Assembly: GCA_950097015.1 (NCBI GenBank)
Contig: CATNEN010000039.1
Coordinates: 20,088,001 to 20,152,000, forward strand
Direction: 5' to 3'
From: Macrostomum hystrix
Lineage: Eukaryota > Animalia > Platyhelminthes
Length of the DNA stretch: 64,000 bases
In this document: positions 26,284-36,374 of the stretch, piece after piece
Layout of the letters: every line of letters starts with the position of its first letter
How positions within the stretch are numbered: position 1 is the stretch's first letter
The notes under the pieces: generated by a model
What the model was told of the DNA's origin: nothing
Database searches by the model: none
What the model saw: the letters and a program-made list of their open reading frames with translations, nothing else
Program-made: the position numbers and the translations under genes

Positions 26284-27448
26284 TTTCGCTATTCGTTTCG
26301 TATCGTGGTCCGAGTTGAGTTTGATGCTCAGGTCCCGGCATCCGCCAAGGCGAAGCCCTATGTCTGGCGTTCTTTGTATAATTTCACAAAATCATCGACA
26401 ATGAATCACCAGTGACAAGAGGATTGTCTAAGGTGATTGATTGACTAAGTCTGTACTTCGCGTTTTTTATTTCATTTCAGAAAGTTTACTGTTGTTGAGT
26501 CAGAAGTCTCTCTCCATTACGCGTTCAACATTAGTATAGTCGTTTATGACAAATAATAAATAGCAGCAAAAATAAGCCGAGACTGCTAGCGACCTCAGGC
26601 GCCAGAGGCCATCTGCGTCTGGGTATACACTGTTCCAGTACAAATCAAGTGAATTTGTTGCTAATACTTGCGCGTGACTGTCTTCTTTCCGCAGACATTT
26701 TTGTCTCTGGTTACTGAGTTTAATAAATTTCTTAGTGCAGTGCCCTTTAGTGCGCTGTTTTGTCGATGGTAGCGTTGGTACTCTATTGATTATCTCCACT
26801 CATTTAACACTCGGGTAATAGACGAGGAGCACAGGCAAAGTGGATTAAATTCTTGCTAGATGGTTAATTTTGAGTTGATGTGTTTGACTCAATCATCTAA
26901 GCTCAAATCCCCAGCTATGCAAAATTTTGAGTTTTGGGTCCAGCCTCGGAGATAAAGCTTGGTGCTTTGTCGTAAAAATTATGATATGTTATACTTCTGG
27001 TATATTATTTATGGTATATTACGAAGTACAGTGTCACAATATCATTTTTTTGCAAATTTATTTCAAATCTTCAACAGCGAAAGATAGGATTCGGAAAACT
27101 TTTTTCGTTTGACAAAGCTAAGAAAATAAAGTTGAAGGAAAAGTTTTTTGAGTTTCGTTAAAAAAAGTAAAAAAAATCTAACACTCTTTGGTACACATTC
27201 GTTTCCCCACCTCTCAGTGCAAAAGCAGATCACCGCTTGCCATGTGCTATCAGCGAGAGGGAAAAGGAGGTGGAAGTGCTAAATTTTTTGTTCTCGTGAC
27301 AACAAGAACTGTGCTGCCCCAGACCACGAAGAAGGAATTGCTCTTCTTCTAAAAAGAATTTCTGTCTACAGAAGAACATTTTAAATTAAAAAACTTTTCG
27401 CCAGTTAAAGAATTGCATCGATCGCCGAAGAAATGCTGCAACATTTCA

Positions 27449-27517
27449 GTGCCAGAGCCAGTACCAGTGCCAGAACCAGAACCAGAACCAGAACCACAAC
27501 CAGAACCAGTACCAGTG

Positions 27518-27548
<31 letters not shown>

Positions 27549-28270
27549 TAGTATCAGTGCCGGAGCCAGTACCAGTGCCAGAACCAGAACCAGAACCACA
27601 ACCAGAACCAGTACCAGTGCCAGAACCAGAACCAGAACCAGAACCACAACCAGAACCAGTACCAGTGCCAGAACCAGAACCAGAACCACAACCACAACCA
27701 GAACCAGTACCAGTGCCAGAACCAGAACCAGAACCACAACCACAACCAGAACCAGTACCAGTGCCAGAACCAGTGCCAGAACCAGAACCAGAACCACAAC
27801 CAGAACCAGTACCAGTGCCAGAACCAGAACCACAACCACAACCACAACCAGAACCAGTACCAGTGCCAGAACCAGAACCAGAACCACAACCAGAACCAGT
27901 ACCAGTGCCAGAACCAGAACCAGAACCACAACCAGAACCAGTACCAGTGCCAGAACCAGAACCAGAACCAGAACCACAACCAGAACCAGTACCAGTGCCA
28001 GAACCAGAACCAGAACCACAACCACAACCAGAACCAGTACCAGTGCCAGAACCAGTGCCAGAACCAGAACCAGAACCACAACCAGAACCAGTACCAGTGC
28101 CAGAACCAGAACCACAACCACAACCACAACCAGAACCAGTACCAGTGCCAGAACCAGAACCAGAACCACAACCAGAACCAGTACCAGTGCCAGAACCAGA
28201 ACCAGAACCACAACCAGAACTAGTATCAGTGCCGGAGCCAGTACCAGTCCCAGAACGAGTACCAGAACTG
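27449..28270. repeat. Composite hexamer repeat (CCAGAA/CCACAA/CCAGTA/CCAGTG); possible Gly/Ser-rich (-) or Pro/Glu-rich (+) coding tract
   Basis: Direct reading; embedded in ORFs 27349-28374(-) and 27413-28321(+). Coding status unresolved. Confidence 0.9.
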
Positions 28271-28664
28271 GCGGAAGCCTTGAAGGACTCATTTGATTTA
28301 GGTTGTCTAAATAATCTATAACGACTCGTGTTTGATTGTTTTGAAGTATTTTGTTCCTTGCGTTCATGGTTCATTCAGAATAAGAGAAGATAAAGCAAAG
28401 TTATTTATTTTTTATCATATTAGGACAATGTAGAGTAAGATTTTGGATTTCTTGGCGATAGCCATTGACATAAAACAACTGACGTATACGAGCTAGATCG
28501 TATGCGTGAAATCGCGTGCACATCACTTCTAAAAATCTCATCCTTAAGTCCCATTTATTATGTTCATACGAGGGTAAATGGCTTAGCCCTAGCTTATCAT
28601 TGCAAATTTCAAATTGCAAATTTCTGTTGGATTCGAACCCAGAATCATTGATGCAATGAATGCC

Positions 28665-28733
28665 ACCTCGCCGCGGAATTAAGATCAGGCACTTTAGTAC
28701 GAGAGGCCAGCGCGTTAGACCGCTGTCACTCAC
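28665..28733 (-). mobile_element. 5' head fragment of SINE family 2
   Basis: CCTCGCCGCGGAAT..GTACGAGAGGCCAGCGCGTTA matches 35701-35760 and 63197-63250. Confidence 0.6.
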
Positions 28734-29534
28734 GATGCAGGACTTTTGGCATTAAAAATCCAGCTGACGATTTTTTTGTGCTTCAGCCCTCTTTGAAACT
28801 TACTATTTTTAACTTTTTAACTTGGTTTTTAACAATTTAGTGGAGTAGTTTCAGAACAATCGTCAGAAATCTGTTTTTTTAATTTCACTGAAATCATGAA
28901 CGAACAAGTTTTTCTGAAAAAAAACTTCTTGATTTCTCCCAGTCTTGTTTGCAGATTTCGCGCTGCTTCGACTAGCTTTTTTTGATTGACAGATCGATTT
29001 TCAATTGGCAATCAGATAAAATGTTTGCCAGGGTAGATATTTTATTTCATAAAACTTTTTTTACTTTTTTGTATCTGATCAATCAGATAACATAGATTGT
29101 GATTCTAGACAAGACTCTAGCAGAAATCGAACTCTGCTCTGTGAGCCCGACCTGACACATAAGTGTCTTATTGGGTGCTAGAAGTTTAGAGTTACGAGTA
29201 TAACAAGTTTTCGGTTGTCAATACTGTTAGTCTCTAAAGTGTTTGAATGTCAATTCTGTAAAAAACGGTATCGAACATAATGTACAGCAAGTACGAAAGG
29301 ATGAGCTTGGGAATAAGTCGTTGCTCAAGGACACAAAGTTTATCAAGTTTGGCAACGATTCGAACTTTCGACATCTCGATCCAGCAATACGAAGCTCCAA
29401 AAAGAAGAAAAAATGACAAAATGCAAACACGTATCACCTATTTGCATAGGGTTTTCTGATATTCAAGTTGATTTATGATTTCAATCGATTTGGGGGCTCT
29501 CCGCCCAAGTCAAAGTTCCATGCAATTTGAACAG

Positions 29535-29541
29535 TATATAA
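29535..29541 (+). promoter_or_regulatory. Candidate TATA box of paralog C
   Basis: TATATAA ~100 bp upstream of ATG 29641. Confidence 0.45.
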
Positions 29542-29640
29542 GGGAGTAAAGTTGCGGGACCCAGTTCTCAGTTAAGCCAGCGGCCATCAAGGAATCGAAC
29601 TCGGCGACACCAATTCGACAAATACCAAAAATATAACTCG

Positions 29641-31500
29641 ATGGCTGTGACCTGGCTTATACTGTCGACAGCTCTGCTGTTTGTGCTGTCACCGGGTAAG
29701 AAATTGCACTTCCCTTTGACTTTCGATAGCAGCTTTCTTTCTGTATAAACAGGTTTGTGTCACGTACGATAGCTATCAGTTGTTACTAGCTACTGTCTAG
29801 GCTTTTGGATCTCGGCCTCAGCACAACACTAAAGCTAGGGTGCTATTTCTTTCGCAACGTCCGAAGAAGATGTTTCTAGCTGATAAGTAAGTAACATTCG
29901 ACTTCCCTGTTCCACAGCGCGCGGCTATCACTACGTCGGTTGCTACCGAGACTCGGGAAATCGCGACCTACCAGTTAGGGTCGAACACGGAAACGTGTAC
30001 GTGAGCAGGTGCAACGAGTTGTGCACCAGTCGGCAGTTCAAGTTCTTCGGTCTGCAGGCCGGCTCCGAGTGCTGGTGCGGTAATAGCTACGGCAAGTACG
30101 GCGCCAAGCCTGAGAAAGAGTGTAGGGACCAGTGCAGAGGTCGCAGATCCGAAACCTGCGGCGCCGGTTGGAGAAACAGCATCTACACGACTGACTACGG
30201 TAATTTAGCTACGTTTTAAATAAAATACTAAGCAGAGCTATTTCGCGAGCTCCTTACTGTTATGCTCTCGTCGAAATGCTACCAAATATTCGTTGCTTTT
30301 TTCAGTGGCGGGACTTCATTACATCGGCTGCTTTGCTGACAATGGAAACCGGGACCTGAAAACTTTCGCCGGAAGTGGTGGAATGTCCATCTACAAGTGC
30401 TTCCAAATCTGTCAGTCTCGCAACTTTGCCTACTTCGGTGTGCAGAACTCGGACGAGTGCTTCTGCGACAACAGCTACGGTCGCTACGGAGCCCGACCTG
30501 ACGGCGAGTGCAACATGCACTGCCGCGGAGACAAGAACTCGCTGTGCGGCGCGGGCTGGCGGAACAATGTCTACGCCACGGGAATAAGGCCGCCGCAGGG
30601 AAATTCTGGTGCGTCCTACAAGTCTTTGTTTGCGAATGATTCGACAAATATAAAATAGTGCCGTCGTCGTCGAAGAGCTACATTATGACATTGTAGAGAT
30701 AGGTAACGATAAAATATTTCCGAATTACAGGCACGGGAAAGCAGATCAGAGACAAGATGGCTGCCAAGATTCGGTCAATGTACTCGGCCATGCCTGGCGG
30801 CGTCGTCTGCTCCACCTGCCTAATCACAAACTTCCAGCGCAGGAAAGTGGACCACAGCAGCGATGATTTCCCAGTGAGCGAGCTCAACGCCAGACTGTCC
30901 CGATACCCGGCAAAAGCTCAGGAAAAGCTGCGAGCGCTGCAGTTCGGTGCCAACGCCAAGACCACATTCGAGGACTCCCAGTGAGAACTTATATGGACTC
31001 GAACTGACGGGGATAATTTTCCAATTGGTGCAGGAACCTCTGGTATCTGAGGAAGTTTAATTTGACAACGGATGGGATAAATTTTCAACTCAAAGGATGA
31101 TATTTCTAAAAATAAATTTCTCAAATAGGAAATTTCGATTTAAAGTTGAATTACATAAAGTCAAAGGGCGTAAAAAGTTACAAAAGTAATCATGAATTTT
31201 AGGATCAACATCAATCCAAGCCAAGCCACCAAGAGCACCTACTTTGGCATCGCTGAGCGAGTTGGTAGCCGTGTGCACCTGGGCATGGTCAGCACCGACA
31301 TTGTGGCCAACCTGGTGCCAAAGTACAATGTGTACGATAGACGCGTCTGCCGGAAAATCCTTTTCTGGAAGAAGTGTAAGAACCACCGGATTCAGGAGCG
31401 CCGAGGCTACCATGGCGACGAGATTCGCCAGATCGACACAGCACTGCAGTCGGAGACGATGAAGGTGTTCCTCGACAACCTAGGGTTCATCAATGTTTGA
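29641..31500 (+). CDS. Secreted protein, paralog C: signal peptide + 2 WSC domains + uncharacterised C-terminal domain
   Basis: Exons 29641-29695, 29918-30199 (WSC1), 30306-30608 (WSC2), 30731-30980, 31203-31500 (TGA); phases consistent; AATAAA at ~31602. Confidence 0.9.
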
Positions 31501-32029
31501 AATTCGGAGTTTGATTAAAACTGAATTGAATTGAACACTTGGTGATGGGCAACGAGTGCTTTAATTTTTAGACTGTCATAAAAATACACAGTTTCGAGAT
31601 AAATAAAACGGCACTGTTTTAACCTGACTTAACAAAAGTCAAATAATAATTATAAAAACTGGTATTGTATTCCTTGTTTCATTTGCAGCTGCAGTAATGA
31701 ATGAATGGTATATATTCGCCATTTATATCGGTTTTGACGCTCTAGATAAGACTTTAGACATTCAAAATAAGACTGCATAGGATCGCAAGCAAGGCCTGGC
31801 TAGCCACGGCCAGAGCAAGCCCAGTCTTGGCTGCAGGGATGGCTTGGCCATAGACTAAAAAATGGAATATCAAAATGAGAATAAGACGCTCAATATGAGA
31901 CCGGGAGTGAACGTAATTTATTTGCTTTACACCATACAAACAGCTAAGGAGAAAATAGGCAATACACAAGAAGCAGAATAGCATATCGAAATGTTTAGTC
32001 CATCACTGAAGTCAGCCTGACGGACTGCG

Positions 32030-33670
32030 TTAGAAGGCAATTCGATTCGACGGGCTGGCGTCGCATTCCAGACGCAGCGGCAGCTTGGCGTTGTAATGCA
32101 TGAGCACAGGAGACTCTAGCAGGAGTCGCTTGGACCGTTCGAAGGCCTGCTGCTGAGGCTCAGCCCACGTCCAGCGCGCATTCTTCATCAACAGCTGATT
32201 CAGCGGAGCGACCACCGTCGACAGGTGCGGCAAGAACTTGCCGTAGTGGGTCAGCATCCCTAGGTAGGCTCGCAGCTGACTGCAGTCCGTGGGTGGCGGC
32301 GCATCCTGCACTGCCGTCACCTTCTCCGCTAGTGGCCGGAGACCGTTGCTGTCGATACGATGGCCTAAATATTCAACTGAGTCGCGGAAGAACTCACACT
32401 TGTCCTTGTTCAGCCGCAGACCCGCCTCCTGCAGTCGTTGAAGGACCTTGATCAGGTTCTTGTGATGCTGCTGCAGCGTCTTGCCCGTCACCAGAATGTC
32501 ATCGACAAAGACCTGCACAGACTCCAGATCGCCGAGCAGAGAATCCAGCGTGCGCTGAAACACGGCGCTGACGCAGTTGATTCCGAACGGCATTCGGTTC
32601 AGTTGGTATAGACCGCGCTGCGTGTTGATGGTCAAGTAGGGCTTGCTGTCCTCGGACAATGGCAGCTGCAGGAACGCGTTTGACATGTCTAGTTTCGACC
32701 ACTGGCAGCCGCCGCCCAGCTTGGCGAACATATCCTCGATGCGCGGCAGCGGGTACAGCTCCGGCCTGGCCTCGGCGTTGTAGGTCAGCTTGTAGTCGCC
32801 GCAGATCCTGATAGCACCATTCTTCTTGACGACCGGCACGATTGGCGCCGCCCAGTCGGAATATTTAACAGGCGTGATGATGCCGTCAGCCTCCATCCGC
32901 CGAAGCTCCTGGTCCACGCGGTCCCTGAGCGCGTAGGGAACTGGCCGTGCCTTGAAGAAGCGCGGCTTGGCTTCCGCCGGCATGTGCAGCTTCACTTCGC
33001 CATGCCGATATGTGCCCAGGCCGCCTTGAAATACGTCGTGAAACTGAGCCTGTACGTCGTCTGCCTCTCCAGCCACCGCGTTGACCTGCCCGAAGATCTT
33101 CGGCCAGTCGAGTCTCAGCTGCGTCAGCCAGTCCCGGCCCAGCAGCGCGACGTCACCTTGATCGACCACCAGCAGTGTTAGCCGCCGATGCTGGCCATTG
33201 GGCTGAACGGCGACATCCGCCTGTCCGACGGGCTTGAAGCTCTCGCCGGTGTAGGTCCGTAGCACCGTAGAAGTCGGCGATAGTCTTAGACCTGGCAGGA
33301 CCTCTCGCTGAATGCCCTTCGGGATGACCGTCAGGGCGGACCCAGTGTCCACTTCGAAGCGACATGGCTTACCCTTCACCAGCAGCTCGACGTCTAATCC
33401 CTTGATAGATCCGCACTGCCGAACGCTGAAAAGGGGCTCCTGCAGCTCGGCCGGTTCCTGATCCACGTTGTGCAGCTTGGATGATTTGCACACTTTGCGG
33501 ATGTGGCCGATTTTGCCGCAGTTGTGGCACTTTGCCTCGCGCAGCTTGCACTGCTGTCGACTCTCGACTGTGAGCACCACCGCAGCTCGCGCACGTGCCC
33601 GTGGCCGCAGCAGGCCGCGTTGCGCCAGCTGGAGCTCCAGCTGACTGGCGGGGGGCCTGCTTATTGGTCT
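32030..33670 (-). mobile_element. Truncated Ty3/Gypsy LTR-retrotransposon gag-pol fragment
   Basis: Zinc knuckle CHNCGKIGHIRKVC, aspartic protease FEVDTGSA..LLGRDWL, RT (WAAPIVPV, RICGDYK, LDMSNAF, RMPFG, FVDD, YLGH), start of RNase H (LECDAS) then abrupt end. No integrase or LTRs seen. Confidence 0.93.
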
Positions 33671-34107
33671 CCTTGAATAAGTGAGGCACTTTCGTTATTC
33701 TACTGAACTTAAGAAAAGTAGCGATTAATGCCAAAACCAAAAATTACAACCAATCAAGGGATTAATTATGTATTTCCATTGCATCCATTTAGACATTTTT
33801 AAAGATAAGTTCTCTTTTCAAAATATGATAATTTAGCGCATAAGTCCTGTTATTAGACTGGATCGTACAGTGTAACTGAATTGTATTTATTATAATTGTA
33901 TTTATAATTTTGTTAGCTCAAATAAAAAAATTGAAAAAGAAGCGAAATCATTTTATCTCAAGAAAACTTGGTTCGGTCTTGAAGTTTTTATTTATCATCA
34001 AAGATAAATATTTATTCCGATGAAATACTCGTAGTTGTTTTCTGATTTTCCCTACCACCAAAAACATTACCGTTAGTTACTGTCAGTAGTATAAGTTAGA
34101 TAGGGCA

Positions 34108-36018
34108 TCAAACGTTGATGTAGCCTAGATTCTGCGTGAACACACTCATCGTCTCGGCCTGCAGGGCGGTGTCAATCAGGCGAATCTCATCGCCGGTGTA
34201 GCCTCGGCGCTCGCGGACAGTGTGGTCCTTGCACTTCTTCCAGAACAGGATCTTGCGGCACACCTTTCTAGTGTACTCGTTGTACTTGTGCACCAGGGTG
34301 GCCACAATATCGGTGGTAACCATGCCAACGTGAATGCGATCACCGACACGCTCAGCCATGCCGAAGTAAGTGCTCTTGACCGCGTTGTTAGGATCGATGT
34401 TGATGCTATAGAGTGGCACAAGTTTAAAAGTGACTACACGTATTCGGTATATTACTGCAGCCACGCAGCTATTGCGCGGCGCATCTGAAGGCTGCGTACA
34501 GCGGCTGTTCAATCCACGGACTATGGAGGATGCCCTACCCAACCTTTAATTACCCCAGATAATGCTGGTACCCGTTTATCATCTACGTGAGCATTTAATG
34601 CGTCTGCCTCTCGTACCAAAGTCCCTGAGCTCGATTCTGCGTCGAGGCCACATTCATTTGGGGCGCAGCCGCGGAGAGAAGGCTTGGGGGCTTGTCGTGC
34701 AATTTAAGCCCTTGAGGGCCAACCTCCAAGGCGCAGTGAGAGTGTACACTGCCTGACGATGAGAAAGTCAGGGCAGATGTACACACCTGTGTGAGCGTGT
34801 GCCTTCGTACGATTATCCGTCTGCTTGTGTGCTCAGGAGTCTGCGAAATGGCTAGAATTGCCTCCTCGCTGGCTGCGGGTCTAGTGGGTCTAGTATCACC
34901 AAATGCCTTGCCATTGCCAACCTGCAGAAATTATTACTATTACATCTGCGTGCACTGAAGCCATGCTGAGTTAAGTGTATTGTTCTAGTGGAGTTGGGAA
35001 TCGAACCCTCGACCTTTTGGTCTTGGGTCCGACGCTTTGACCACTAGGCTACAATCCCAGTCACTCACTGGGAGTCCTCGAATGTGGTCTTGGCGTTGGC
35101 TCCGAACTGAAGCATCCGCAGCTTCTCCTGCGCCTTGGCCGGGAAGATGGACATCTTGGCGTTGAGCTCGCTCAGTCGGAAGTCTTCGCTGCTGTGGCCA
35201 ACCTTTCTGCGGTGGAAGCTCGAGATTAGGCAGTTGCCACACACCACACCGCCTGGCATTTGTACGTGCATTGATCGAATCTTGGCCGCCATGTTGTTCC
35301 TGATGTTCTGTCCTGACGCTGAAAATTTTTTTGAATTGAATGCATTAGTTTGAGCTTGAGTCTATCCTGATTGAGAGGTCTCTGAAGCGGGATAGTGGTA
35401 TAGCGGTGTGATGTGGGTTCAAAGTGAGCAGAATTGCCTCCTCGCTGGCTGCGGGTCTAAAAATAAAAATAAAAATAAAAGTAGCAACAGGAGGACTGTG
35501 GGCAATAGCACTCCTGAGAACATTCGCACACAGATACCGTACGCAGGCATACGCTCACACAGGTGTGTACGTCGGCCCTGACTTTCTGATCGTAAGGCAG
35601 TGTACACTCTCACTGTGCCTTGGAGGTTGACCCTCCATGATGACGTAAATTGCACGGCAAGCCCCCCAGCCTTTTACGCGGCTGCACCCCAAATAAATGT
35701 GGCCTCGCCGCGGAATCGAACTCATGGACCTTGGTGCGAGAGGTAAGCGCGTTAATCGCTCTACCACTCGCCCCCTAATGCGTTTCTTCAGTCACCTATG
35801 AGGTGTCAGTGCTAACAGCCCTTACTGCGAAAATATGTCAAGGTTGGTCTTTAGTTCGAATATTAGTCCTAGAGAAATAATTTTTTTCCTTGAGCAAGAA
35901 AATTGTCAGGAGTCTGACAAGCACTCAGTTTCTCAGGCAATGAAGCAATTATCTGTTTTTGCTTACCCTGTGACAGCACAAGCAGCAGGCATAAGGGTAG
36001 CAGTAGCCACTTAGCCAT
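34108..36018 (-). CDS. Secreted protein, paralog D: signal peptide fused directly to the uncharacterised domain (no WSC)
   Basis: Exons 36018-35967 (MAKWLLLPLCLLLVLSQ), 35318-35069, 34405-34108; phases consistent; no WSC-like sequence visible in intron 1; TATA-like TATATA at ~36101. Confidence 0.85.
34470..35053 (-). mobile_element. CORE-type SINE (family 1) interrupted by a family-2 SINE
   Basis: 34470-34589 and 34943-35053 are colinear with 19417-19650; tRNA A/B boxes at 34990-35052. Confidence 0.8.
34590..34942 (+). mobile_element. SINE family 2, nested insertion
   Basis: Flanked by CATCTACGTG (34580-34589) and CATCTGCGTG (34943-34952); TTA-rich tail. Confidence 0.82.
35484..35775 (-). 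mobile_element. SINE family 2 copy in intron 1 of paralog D
   Basis: Minus strand GTGGTAGAGCG..GAGTTCGATTCC head and shared body. Confidence 0.8.
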
Positions 36019-36374
36019 GAATTAAGCCAATTTCTATGCTTTCAAAGATCTTGAAGAAATTTTAGCGCCACGCATGAGCTGAAGACTCAAACTTTGCGGC
36101 TATATATCATTTTTAGATTCCTGGTCAGCAACGCAAACTGTCAATCTAAATTAAATCAAACAATGTCTTTCTGAAGGCACAGATCACCTTAAAAGCTTTT
36201 TATTTGAACAAGCTGCAAGTTAATTTAGCTTTCGAAATATTCAAAAAACTTTCGTGTAAAGATATAGTGAAATGTTTTCTTCGTAATATTTTTCAGCGAG
36301 TTATAACTTTTGATTGACAGCTTATGAAAAAAGCTAATTAGACAAATATTTTTATGTTACGAGCATTAGCACGA

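Noticed and set aside
34743-34785. Hammerhead ribozyme core (CTGACGA..GAAA) in SINE family 2
   Set aside because: Only 3 nt for stem II and no stem III; better explained as a simple hairpin, and it is deleted in the 63-kb copy.
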